The notes under the pieces are model-generated. The model was not told where the DNA came from and searched no databases. It was given only the letters and a program-made list of their open reading frames with translations. From a virus (lineage: Duplodnaviria > Caudoviricetes), in IMG/VR virus record IMGVR_UViG_3300022555_000003, positions 128,001-192,000 of that record: a stretch of 64,000 bases of DNA; one strand, given 5' to 3'. The position numbers and the translations under genes are program-made. Shown here one piece after another: positions 18,228-26,482 of this stretch (the stretch's first letter is position 1; every line of letters begins with the position of its first letter).

Positions 18228-18301
18228 GCTCCACCTTCACATTCATTCATAAAGGTTGGCAACGCCTTAACTAATTTTGATCTGTGTTCTACATTTTCCA
18301 T

Positions 18302-18586
18302 TTAGATTCCCCACCCTCTTTTATTGATTGATCCTTCACCAGATGATGTTCGTTCACCTTCGCGAACACGTCTTAGTGTTTCAATTAATAGATGTATTGT
18401 GCATTCTTGGCATAAATCAGCGTTGTCAATTTCATAATTATTATGGTGTTCTATTTTGATTTTTAATCTATCCCAATATGTACCAAATGACTCTTGTTCA
18501 AATGTTATTGCTAACGAACGACAATTCGTTAGCAATATTTTACCACAATAATCACAATTTATTTCTGTGTTTGTGTGCCTAGACAT
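18302..18586 (-). CDS. hypothetical protein with CxxC pairs
   Basis: CDYCG...CQEC. Confidence 0.6.
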   Translation of the reverse strand: MSRHTNTEINCDYCGKILLTNCRSLAITFEQESFGTYWDRLKIKIEHHNNYEIDNADLCQECTIHLLIETLRRVREGERTSSGEGSINKRGWGI

Positions 18587-19197
18587 GTATACTTCCTAAT
18601 TGACAGAGAAATTAAACCAACACCAATTAAAAATAATGTGTTTGGTTCAGGAATAGCTGTACTATAAGACAATTTTCCAAACTCAGCAGCAGGAGAAGTA
18701 CTTGCAACTACTAATTGATTTACTGAACCTTTGGTAATATTAAATCTTACATATGATACCACACTTTGATCTCCTGTACCTGGTGGGACTAATTGAGCTC
18801 CAGTGTATTGAGCAACCAATGCAGCACCATCCCAAAGTTGAAATACATTATATGCATCGGGCGATCCTAGTAAAAATTCAATATATGTTGCTGGTGTTGT
18901 GAAAGTAATTGAAATTAAATCTGGAACTCCACATCCTCCAACCCCAATATATGTATGTGCGTAACCAGCTAATGCAGCATTACAGTTCACTTGACTTCCA
19001 GAAAAGAATGGGGCATTACCAGCAGACCAATTTCCAATTACCACATTATTAATTGTATAGGGAGATGGAGTATTATGATCTAATCCATCGAATGAAATAG
19101 TAGTTGCTCCTGGTTGACTAGTAGAATTGTTGGTAAAAGAAACTGTGGTTGCGCTAGCCAAAACTAGCGAAAATAAACTAAGCAAAAGTATTTTCAT
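18559..19197 (-). CDS. PEP-CTERM (exosortase-substrate-like) surface protein
   Basis: signal peptide plus C-terminal IPEPNTLFLIGVGLISLSIRK. Confidence 0.8.
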   Translation of the reverse strand: MKILLLSLFSLVLASATTVSFTNNSTSQPGATTISFDGLDHNTPSPYTINNVVIGNWSAGNAPFFSGSQVNCNAALAGYAHTYIGVGGCGVPDLISITFTTPATYIEFLLGSPDAYNVFQLWDGAALVAQYTGAQLVPPGTGDQSVVSYVRFNITKGSVNQLVVASTSPAAEFGKLSYSTAIPEPNTLFLIGVGLISLSIRKYTCLGTQTQK

Positions 19198-19243
19198 TAT
19201 TATCTCCAAATATTACATCGATATTTATCAAACCCAGACAAGT

Positions 19244-19516
19244 TTAAATGGTGTTGATTTCGAACTCTTTACGAATAGTATCAATAAGATTATCAATAGC
19301 CATTCGTCCACGATGATCTCCTACTTCATCACAAGCATCCCACGAGATTTCAGCTAAATTCAAAACTCGTTCTATTGATGTTAATTCAACTTGTTGTAGT
19401 AGATCAAGTACATTAGATGCTTTTATGCCATCTGGTTTCAATCCAATAATAATATCAACCACATCGGGCATATACTTATTTCTATCCATAATTTTATGCA
19501 AGTTTGAGTGGTTCAA
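19244..19516 (-). CDS. hypothetical protein
   Basis: 90 aa ORF. Confidence 0.5.
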   Translation of the reverse strand: MNHSNLHKIMDRNKYMPDVVDIIIGLKPDGIKASNVLDLLQQVELTSIERVLNLAEISWDACDEVGDHRGRMAIDNLIDTIRKEFEINTI

Positions 19517-19883
19517 TCCAAGCTGCTAGATCGCCTTCTAGAGTTGCTGGCCATTCTTCTTCTTTAATTAGACAATAAATATTATCTGGAAGAATAATTC
19601 CAACAGCAGTCAATGCACCATTTAGTGACATTTCGTCTTCTCTAAATGCAGCCCAACAATAATTATTATTAACATCTGTTTTGCAGAATGTTTCAAACTG
19701 AGCTAGTTGAGCACTATTCCCTCCATTCAAGATGATAATAGTTTTGTCATCAGTTGCCCATTGCTTGAAATGCTTATGTTTCTTCATCGCCATCTCAGAA
19801 ATAACATGAGCAGACTGAAGACCACATTGAAGTTGAGACAAATAATAATTTGTCAAAATGTAAGCTCTGTAATTTTTATTCAT
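19494..19883 (-). CDS. peptidyl-tRNA hydrolase 2-like protein
   Basis: QCGLQSAHVISEM, KQW..KTIIILNG, EDE...ALTAVGI; directly downstream of tRNA-Val. Confidence 0.6.
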   Translation of the reverse strand: MNKNYRAYILTNYYLSQLQCGLQSAHVISEMAMKKHKHFKQWATDDKTIIILNGGNSAQLAQFETFCKTDVNNNYCWAAFREDEMSLNGALTAVGIILPDNIYCLIKEEEWPATLEGDLAAWIEPLKLA

Positions 19884-19893
19884 ATAAATTTAG

Positions 19894-19967
19894 TACCCAA
19901 AATAGGACTTGAACCTACAACATCTTGCTTGTAAAGCAAGCGCTCTAACCAATTGAGCTATTCGGGT
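19894..19967 (-). tRNA. tRNA-Val(UAC)
   Basis: CTTGC-TTTACAA-GCAAG; ends A-CTA. Confidence 0.92.
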
Positions 19968-19974
19968 AATTTAG

Positions 19975-20055
19975 TAGCCCCGGGAGAAGTTGAATCTCAT
20001 ACCGTCCGCCCAACTTTAAGGATCAGTTTAGAAGACTGATGTCGGGTTCGGGGCC
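19975..20055 (-). tRNA. tRNA-like RNA with Arg(UCU) anticodon arm and no D arm
   Basis: GGCCCCG/CGGGGCT acceptor, ATCAGT-CTTCTAA-ACTGAT, GAGA-TTCAACT-TCTC, extra helix CCCGAC/GTTGGG. Confidence 0.7.
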
Positions 20056-20215
20056 ATAATTTCTAAAACGATTTAACTGTGATTCTTTGCCATTTCTTAA
20101 AACTATTCCTAAAGAATGTAATATTTTTGCAAAATTAACAGGACTTGGATGATTATATTTTTTTGCTAATTCACTAAGTGAAAACCCATCATTATCACCT
20201 TGTTTTTAAATTTAG

Positions 20216-20288
20216 TTGGCCCAGACGGAATTGAACCGTCAACATCTTCATTAAAAGTGAAGCACTCTGCCAATTGAGTTATGGGCCA
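20216..20288 (-). tRNA. tRNA-Lys(UUU)
   Basis: CTTCA-CTTTTAA-TGAAG; ends A-CTA. Confidence 0.92.
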
Positions 20289-20297
20289 ATATACTAA

Positions 20298-20372
20298 TGG
20301 TAGGGAGTATTGGATTCGAACCAATAATGTCGGAGCCAAAGTCCAAAGGTTTGCCAATTAGCCTAACTCCCT
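20298..20372 (-). tRNA. tRNA-Gln(UUG)
   Basis: TTGGA-CTTTGGC-TCCGA; CCA encoded. Confidence 0.88.
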
Positions 20373-20411
20373 ATTTATTATTCTATACTATTTAAGTATA
20401 GCAGTATTTAT

Positions 20412-20801
20412 CTAATAAGTCAATCTTAAAATTTCTTTATCTTTCTTTTCTGCATACCGTATTGTTGCCCACGTTCCACTTCTAATTTCTTCTATGTTTG
20501 TTCTTGGTGCAGCAATTAATACATCAGTGCAATCAACAATGACATGATTTCGCTTTATATAATCAAGTGGTTTTAAAATTTTATCATTTTGGTCAAAATA
20601 TCCACGCTTTGACATTATAATTGGTGGATGACAAACTACATAATACCCAAGTTCTTTTGCAATTAATGCTGCTTGGATATCTGAACCAATACAATCACCA
20701 TGATGAAATTCACCATCTTTGAAAAAAGTCAAAATATTAAATATCTCTTCAATTTGAAGATCTGACATTCCTTTTTGTGTTCCAGTGAACCCAATTTTCA
20801 T
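20412..20801 (-). CDS. SLOG-superfamily protein
   Basis: MKIGFTGT, HHGDCIGSD, RNHVIVD, SGTWATIRYA. Confidence 0.7.
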   Translation of the reverse strand: MKIGFTGTQKGMSDLQIEEIFNILTFFKDGEFHHGDCIGSDIQAALIAKELGYYVVCHPPIIMSKRGYFDQNDKILKPLDYIKRNHVIVDCTDVLIAAPRTNIEEIRSGTWATIRYAEKKDKEILRLTY

Positions 20802-20805
20802 TAAT

Positions 20806-20997
20806 TTATGACCACTTTGCTACTTGAATTGTGTTTAACGTGATTAGATCTTTGAAATCTTTGAATGCTTTTGTAATTCGCTTATCATAAAAATATAAAG
20901 TGTCTCCATTTTCAAAGAAAAATTGAGCATCTTTTTTACCAACGCGCTCAATTTTGAACAACTTAATATTCAACTTTTTATATTCTTTAGCAGTCAT
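20806..20997 (-). CDS. hypothetical protein
   Basis: 63 aa ORF. Confidence 0.5.
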   Translation of the reverse strand: MTAKEYKKLNIKLFKIERVGKKDAQFFFENGDTLYFYDKRITKAFKDFKDLITLNTIQVAKWS

Positions 20998-21005
20998 TTA
21001 AAAAA

Positions 21006-21779
21006 TCAACCACCCACTGATTCTAAAATTATTTGATCTGTAATGATACTTTGACAAAGATCATTTATGGTATCAAAATCTGGATATTCTGGTAGCATCT
21101 TGAGATTAGCTGCTTTTTGAGCATTATCTAATTCATTATCTACTAATAATATCCAATCACTTAGAGAAAGTCCGCCATTTCGAATATAAAGCAATTCATC
21201 AGCATCATTTCTAAAAATATTCATCTTTCCACTTAGGAAGAATTCAGTTGCCATCCTTAAAATTCGAATAGTATGCATGGCATATTTCACATCATACCCA
21301 TATTTTTCAACTAATAGCTTTCGTTTTGTACCTAGTTTTCCAGTAATGCAATTAACAACAGCATTTCTTTGACTTTGTGAATATCCAATAAGTGTGTTGT
21401 ATGCTTGTTGACTTTCAAATGCTTGTCGATTTTTGATTAAACTTTTTCCTTCGGGAGTAATAATAGTATATTCATGATCTCTCAAATATAGCAAAGGAAT
21501 AACATTTGGATTAAACTTAATACACAATTTCAAAAATTTTCGTAGTTCAAAAATAGTTGATTCTGCATTGATAGTTTCCTTTTTGTCTAGGACAAAAGTA
21601 TCTTCACCAGCAACAAGTCCAGTATAATACGAATTGGGTTTTAGAATAATACCCAAGAAGTCTACATCAGAATCTTCTGTGGCTGCTCCGTAAGATTGTG
21701 AACCAACTTGTCCAACAAGGATATACTTTCCCGACTCCTTAGGAAGGTTAAAATTTACATTATATTCTTCTGTGGTCAT
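21006..21779 (-). CDS. RlaP-like Pol-beta nucleotidyltransferase
   Basis: GSQSYGAATEDSDVD, NPNVIPLLY, YDVKYAMHTIR. Confidence 0.8.
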   Translation of the reverse strand: MTTEEYNVNFNLPKESGKYILVGQVGSQSYGAATEDSDVDFLGIILKPNSYYTGLVAGEDTFVLDKKETINAESTIFELRKFLKLCIKFNPNVIPLLYLRDHEYTIITPEGKSLIKNRQAFESQQAYNTLIGYSQSQRNAVVNCITGKLGTKRKLLVEKYGYDVKYAMHTIRILRMATEFFLSGKMNIFRNDADELLYIRNGGLSLSDWILLVDNELDNAQKAANLKMLPEYPDFDTINDLCQSIITDQIILESVGG

Positions 21780-21849
21780 AATTTTTCTACTTTAACTACT
21801 ATAGTTTCAGGCTGCCCACCACAGTATAGTTCAATTTTTATTTTGACCA

Positions 21850-22194
21850 TCACATACTCCAATATGTTTCTGAGGACGGATCACAACATAGAGGTGTATT
21901 GCTTTTAATGGTTACATTTTTTCCAGACATCAAATTTTTTACAATCTTGTTTTTTACAATTTTTGAATCATAATATTCAGCTAAAGCCACAGCATACGGG
22001 GCAATTGCATATTCTGTTTCTCCATTGACAACGTGTTCGCAGTATTCACAATCAACAAAGCCATGTTGGACACGATGAATCCTTTCGTAACCAACTCTGC
22101 GATTAGCAACTCTCATTGACTTTCGAGCAGAACCTTGTGAATTATGTGTTGATACGTGCATAGTAGATTTTATGTGGTACACAACAAAAGACAT
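21850..22194 (-). CDS. conserved phage hypothetical protein
   Basis: C-terminal VKNLMSGK...TPLCCDPSSETYWSM. Confidence 0.7.
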   Translation of the reverse strand: MSFVVYHIKSTMHVSTHNSQGSARKSMRVANRRVGYERIHRVQHGFVDCEYCEHVVNGETEYAIAPYAVALAEYYDSKIVKNKIVKNLMSGKNVTIKSNTPLCCDPSSETYWSM

Positions 22195-22195
22195 A

Positions 22196-22573
22196 TTATT
22201 TCCTCAATCCTTCAAGCATCGCAGTCAACGTTGCATGTTCTTCGTCACTCAACCATCTTGCGCTATAATCGTTCTGCTCAAGATATAGTGTAACGACCTT
22301 TGAAAAGTCGGACCATTTACTTCTTACTTCGTTCATTTCATTTCGTTCCTGGAGTCGCTCTCGTAATGTTTCGGGTTTATACAAGTATGTTGCACTGTAT
22401 GGGGACTTTCGTTCGGTACCATGCTTATCGTATGAGGTTCCATTTTCTAACATAATATGCCCAAACTTGTTGATCTTAACAATGTTGCTAAAACCATAGT
22501 TCATGAGCGTACTGTTATAATACCTTGCAAACCCAACTTCATCTCCAACTTTGAGTGCTCCAATATCAAACAT
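22196..22573 (-). CDS. hypothetical protein
   Basis: 125 aa ORF behind class I promoter, SD GGAG. Confidence 0.65.
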   Translation of the reverse strand: MFDIGALKVGDEVGFARYYNSTLMNYGFSNIVKINKFGHIMLENGTSYDKHGTERKSPYSATYLYKPETLRERLQERNEMNEVRSKWSDFSKVVTLYLEQNDYSARWLSDEEHATLTAMLEGLRK

Positions 22574-22583
22574 TCTTTTCTCC

Positions 22584-22741
22584 TACTCTTTAAGTATAGC
22601 AATTTAGGTAAATGATGTCAACCAAAATAAAACGTCGTTTAAGCAATTCTTAGGGCACACTTGGTACAATTACCCTAACTCTGGCTTTAAAATGCGTTAT
22701 ACGGCGTTTTGTGCCAATTTAGGTGTTGAAAACAAATGACT
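22584..22741 (-). repeat. promoter-linked palindromic module, copy 2
   Basis: same arrangement as 9681-9839. Confidence 0.85.
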
Positions 22742-23178
22742 TAATTTCCATATCTAATACCTTTCATAATTAAATATGTTAGCTGTTCTGGATCTAAATT
22801 AGTAGTTGAATTAAATCTTGTATATCGATCTATTTTCACATTATCTAACTTTGCACCACGTAAATCTGCTCCACTTAAATCTGCACCACACAACTCAGCC
22901 ATATTTAAATCTGCGCCACACAACTCAGCCATATTTAAATCTGCGCCACACAAATCAGCCATATTTAAATTTGCACCACTTAAATCTGCGCCACACAAAT
23001 CAGCCATATTTAAATTTGCGCCACTTAAATCTGCGCCAATTAATATTGACCTAAATAAATTTGCTCCACTTAAATCAGAATCGTATAAATCTGCTCCACT
23101 TAAATCAGAATCACGAAGATCTGCGTGACGAAGGTCAGCTCCCCATAATTTTTCACCAACTCTAGTTTTAATTTCCAT
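22741..23178 (-). CDS. pentapeptide repeat protein
   Basis: [15 protein letters not shown] repeats; 30-bp DNA tandem repeats. Confidence 0.92.
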   Translation of the reverse strand: MEIKTRVGEKLWGADLRHADLRDSDLSGADLYDSDLSGANLFRSILIGADLSGANLNMADLCGADLSGANLNMADLCGADLNMAELCGADLNMAELCGADLSGADLRGAKLDNVKIDRYTRFNSTTNLDPEQLTYLIMKGIRYGN

Positions 23179-23494
23179 ATTTAACCCCTTTGAGTATCAG
23201 GTAGGTAAGCTGTTCTGGATCTAAATTAGTAGTTGAATTAATTCTTGTATATCGATCTACTGTCACATTTTCTAAATTTGCTCCACTTAAATCAGAATCG
23301 TATAAATCTGCTCCACTTAAATCAGAATCACGCAAATCTGCTCCACTTAATATTGACCTAAATAAATTTACTCCACGTAAATTTACTCCACGTAGATCTG
23401 CATCTCTTAAATTAGCCCAAGATAAATCTGATCCATCTAATGTGAAACGTCCTGATGTTAATAATATTTTGCCTAATTTAGATTTAATTTGCAT
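23168..23494 (-). CDS. pentapeptide repeat protein (tandem paralog)
   Basis: repeats plus near-identical C-terminus [19 protein letters not shown]. Confidence 0.92.
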   Translation of the reverse strand: MQIKSKLGKILLTSGRFTLDGSDLSWANLRDADLRGVNLRGVNLFRSILSGADLRDSDLSGADLYDSDLSGANLENVTVDRYTRINSTTNLDPEQLTYLILKGVKYGN

Positions 23495-23503
23495 GAAGAT
23501 AAA

Positions 23504-24205
23504 TTACTTGATAACTTTAATTCTGGTAAGCTTGGTCACATTGTCATCACAATGTTGTTTGATTTGAGCAGACAAAAATTTCTTTGTGCCAGTTCCCAAA
23601 TCCTCTTTAAAGAAGAAAAAGAAAATATCGTTGCCCATCTTAGCATTGATAATCCACGTCTGCCATTTCATGCTAAAAGTAGATTTCAAAATCTCAAACT
23701 CACCCATAATCTTTGAGCCAACAGTTCCAACATGAGCGCTGTTTTTTACAAGTTCGTCAATGTTTTCTTTATTAAGGTCGCGGGCGTAACAACTAGGCAG
23801 TGATGAAACTACCGCCAAATCATATGTGTCTACATCAGTAAACATTTCTTTAGATGCGACGCGCAACGTAGTGGACAAGAAATCATTTAACTGTCCGCCA
23901 ACCAACTTAAACAACAGGCCCTGATAATGAGTGCGAATTGCTTTGCCTTGTTCGATATGCTCAGGAGTCATTGTCTTGTTCATAAGAATATTGCGCACTT
24001 CTTCTTTGTTTGGACGATTTACAATTTTGTAATTACCATCTATCGGGTGGCCATACGTTGGTTCCTTAATGTAACCCTTGTTTAGCTCTTGGGCAGCAAC
24101 AGCCGCACCAAATACTTCATCGGGTGTAAATTCTTTTGATGGAGTTCGCTTGGGGTAAGATCCTTTTCCGTACGGTTTACGATATCTTGTGGAATTATAA
24201 TACAT
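23504..24205 (-). CDS. conserved phage hypothetical protein
   Basis: 233 aa ORF behind class I promoter with GGAG SD. Confidence 0.7.
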   Translation of the reverse strand: MYYNSTRYRKPYGKGSYPKRTPSKEFTPDEVFGAAVAAQELNKGYIKEPTYGHPIDGNYKIVNRPNKEEVRNILMNKTMTPEHIEQGKAIRTHYQGLLFKLVGGQLNDFLSTTLRVASKEMFTDVDTYDLAVVSSLPSCYARDLNKENIDELVKNSAHVGTVGSKIMGEFEILKSTFSMKWQTWIINAKMGNDIFFFFFKEDLGTGTKKFLSAQIKQHCDDNVTKLTRIKVIK

Positions 24206-24222
24206 AATGTCTCCTGTTTCTG

Positions 24223-24382
24223 CTACTCTTTAAGTATAGCAGTTTGATTAAAGAAATGTCAACCAAAATAAAACGTCGTTTAAGCAATTGTTAAGGGCTA
24301 CTTGGGGCTAATGTACCAAATATGCTCTAAAAATTGCTTAAACGACGTTTTGGGAGGAAATGACTGTTGAAAATAAAGGACT
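24223..24382 (-). repeat. promoter-linked palindromic module, copy 3
   Basis: perfect 20-bp inverted repeat at 24270-24289 and 24332-24351. Confidence 0.9.
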
Positions 24383-24993
24383 TACTTTATTAATCTGGGT
24401 CGACCACGCGGTTTCTTGACTTCAACATTAACGCCAGCTTCTAGTTCTAGCCGTTTAGCTTCAGCAAGCAACACGTTTGCTTCGTTTTTCATCCTTGCGG
24501 CTTGTTCCAACAGGTTTTGAGAAATATTACTTTCAGTTAAAACTTCTGCCACTGTTTCAATTTGATGCTTTGGCTTTTTGGAATTTATTAAATTGGCTTG
24601 AACAGTTTGTTTGTCAATTTCCGACATACGTTTAACTGCACCTTCACCAGCTTCCATTTCTTTAAGAATTTTATTTAGCTCGTCTAACCTAACATTGTTT
24701 TTCATATCAGGTGTGACAATAATTTGACCAGTCTGAACTTTTTTGATCAAACCTTCTTTGTGGAGTGTTGTTAAAATATTTCGACCATCTGGTAACAAAT
24801 TACGAAATAATGCTTCAGCAAATTCTTTTGCTTGTTGTCCAACATCTGATTCTAATACCTTCATAACAGCATCGTGGTATGTTCTTGGTAATAAATCACT
24901 ATAACAGACCAGACACATATGCTCTTCATCTGGTACTGTTTTATACATAATAACTATTTTTTTATCGCCGTGTCGTCCGATATGTTTTGTCAT
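24382..24993 (-). CDS. conserved phage hypothetical protein
   Basis: MTKHIGRH...; C-terminal KKPRGRPR AT-hook-like tail. Confidence 0.7.
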   Translation of the reverse strand: MTKHIGRHGDKKIVIMYKTVPDEEHMCLVCYSDLLPRTYHDAVMKVLESDVGQQAKEFAEALFRNLLPDGRNILTTLHKEGLIKKVQTGQIIVTPDMKNNVRLDELNKILKEMEAGEGAVKRMSEIDKQTVQANLINSKKPKHQIETVAEVLTESNISQNLLEQAARMKNEANVLLAEAKRLELEAGVNVEVKKPRGRPRLIK

Positions 24994-24994
24994 A

Positions 24995-25183
24995 TTATCC
25001 TTTTGGTTGTGGTTCAGTTTGAGGTGGCATTGAAGATGTAATGAAGCTAGATAATTTATCATACAATTTTCCAACTACGGTAAGTTCTTCAGCCCTAAAT
25101 GCTCCACGTACTGAACAAGTAGATATAATCTCTTGAAGCATTTGTAGATCATTTAATGTGATAGGAGTTTCAATGTTTTCCAT
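24995..25183 (-). CDS. conserved small phage protein
   Basis: ITLNDL...RGAFRAEELTVVG.LYDKL; ATAAATA upstream. Confidence 0.65.
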   Translation of the reverse strand: MENIETPITLNDLQMLQEIISTCSVRGAFRAEELTVVGKLYDKLSSFITSSMPPQTEPQPKG

Positions 25184-25191
25184 AATAATAT

Positions 25192-25512
25192 TTATGGCGT
25201 ATTAATTTCGCCTAAAATTTTCGAAAACACCAAAGACAAAAATGTTATGTCGCTATCCATTTCAAATCCCAAAAAAACTTTATCTTTTTTAAACTCATAA
25301 AAAAATCTACCACAGGTATTTGATAATATTTTATTAATCAATAACATTTCAAACGGAAAATTACCATCAAAGAAAATATCTGAATGCGAACTTATATTGA
25401 ATTGTACAGTAGTAAAATGGTTTGGTAATCGATTTACAATTCGAGAATGTGTTATTTCTTCTTGGATTGCCATTTTTTCAAAATCAAATATGAAGCTCCA
25501 CCACAATTGCAA
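25192..25512 (-). CDS. hypothetical protein
   Basis: ORF in operon orientation; start uncertain. Confidence 0.5.
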   Translation of the reverse strand: MQLWWSFIFDFEKMAIQEEITHSRIVNRLPNHFTTVQFNISSHSDIFFDGNFPFEMLLINKILSNTCGRFFYEFKKDKVFLGFEMDSDITFLSLVFSKILGEINTP

Positions 25513-25658
25513 ACTTTCTCTGTTAGTTCAACATGAGTCTCTGCAATAAATTCAATCATATCGCTAACACAATCAGGATCACCATCTAAAAATGTCCAGA
25601 TTTTATCTGCAACTGGATCGGGCAATGTCCTTAAAAATTCATATAGTTCAATTGGCAT
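25452..25658 (-). CDS. hypothetical protein
   Basis: 68 aa ORF. Confidence 0.5.
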   Translation of the reverse strand: MPIELYEFLRTLPDPVADKIWTFLDGDPDCVSDMIEFIAETHVELTEKVCNCGGASYLILKKWQSKKK

Positions 25659-25702
25659 ATTATTTATTTCCTGTATATCAGACCACTCTTCATATAATTC
25701 AG

Positions 25703-25776
25703 AGCCACGAGTCGGATTTGAACCGACGAATACGAGTTTTGCAGACTCGCGCCTTACCAGACTTGGCCATCGTGGC
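25703..25776 (-). tRNA. tRNA-Cys(GCA)
   Basis: CGAGT-CTGCAAA-ACTCG, U73; CCA not encoded. Confidence 0.92.
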
Positions 25777-26130
25777 TTATTACTACTTTAACTTATTATC
25801 AATAATTATGTTATCAGCTATTTGTCGAACACTTTCATTATATCCATTTCCACCACAGTATTTTGCTAGAAAATCATATTCACCTGTGATGCCTGCCCAC
25901 ACTTCTGTGGTTTCAAGAGCATCCATTCTATCTTTATCTGTAAGTAGAAATGTATAAAACAATATCACGCAAATCTTCAACGGTTATTATATTTAATCCG
26001 ATCGTACCAACCTACTATACAGTCTGGATTATTCCCTTTTGGTTTCTGATCTAAATATAATTTAAGTTTATCGGTTGCGTTCTGCCCTGACATAATTATA
26101 TCGGGTATTAATGCCATAGTATTCACCCAT

Positions 26131-26367
26131 TCAATTTGACAGCATCACTACCTGAAGAAAATAATCGACATCCCAAACAGTTAATCGCGTTTTGTCATAA
26201 CATTTAGCATAGTGTATAGGAGCGACAATATCACATGCTTCATGAAATGTGGCGGCTTCAGCTGAACCTAAATATTCTGCTTGGGCACTACATCCGTTTG
26301 TAACGAATCCTTCCATCCAAACTTCCCATACTTTCATACTAGATTCCAATAAGCCAATTTTTAACAA
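26131..26367 (-). CDS. hypothetical protein
   Basis: 78 aa ORF; start uncertain. Confidence 0.45.
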   Translation of the reverse strand: MLKIGLLESSMKVWEVWMEGFVTNGCSAQAEYLGSAEAATFHEACDIVAPIHYAKCYDKTRLTVWDVDYFLQVVMLSN

Positions 26368-26440
26368 TATACCATGCTATTGCTAATCCAATAAAAACTC
26401 CAAGTAATATTAACAAAAACTTATCATATATTTCCTCTCA

Positions 26441-26477
26441 AATTAGTTGAGCACCCTAATTGAGTGCTCAACTAATT
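26441..26477 (-). terminator. long hairpin after the VWA gene
   Basis: AATTAGTTGAGCAC ... GTGCTCAACTAATT. Confidence 0.7.
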
Positions 26478-26482
26478 ATTAT

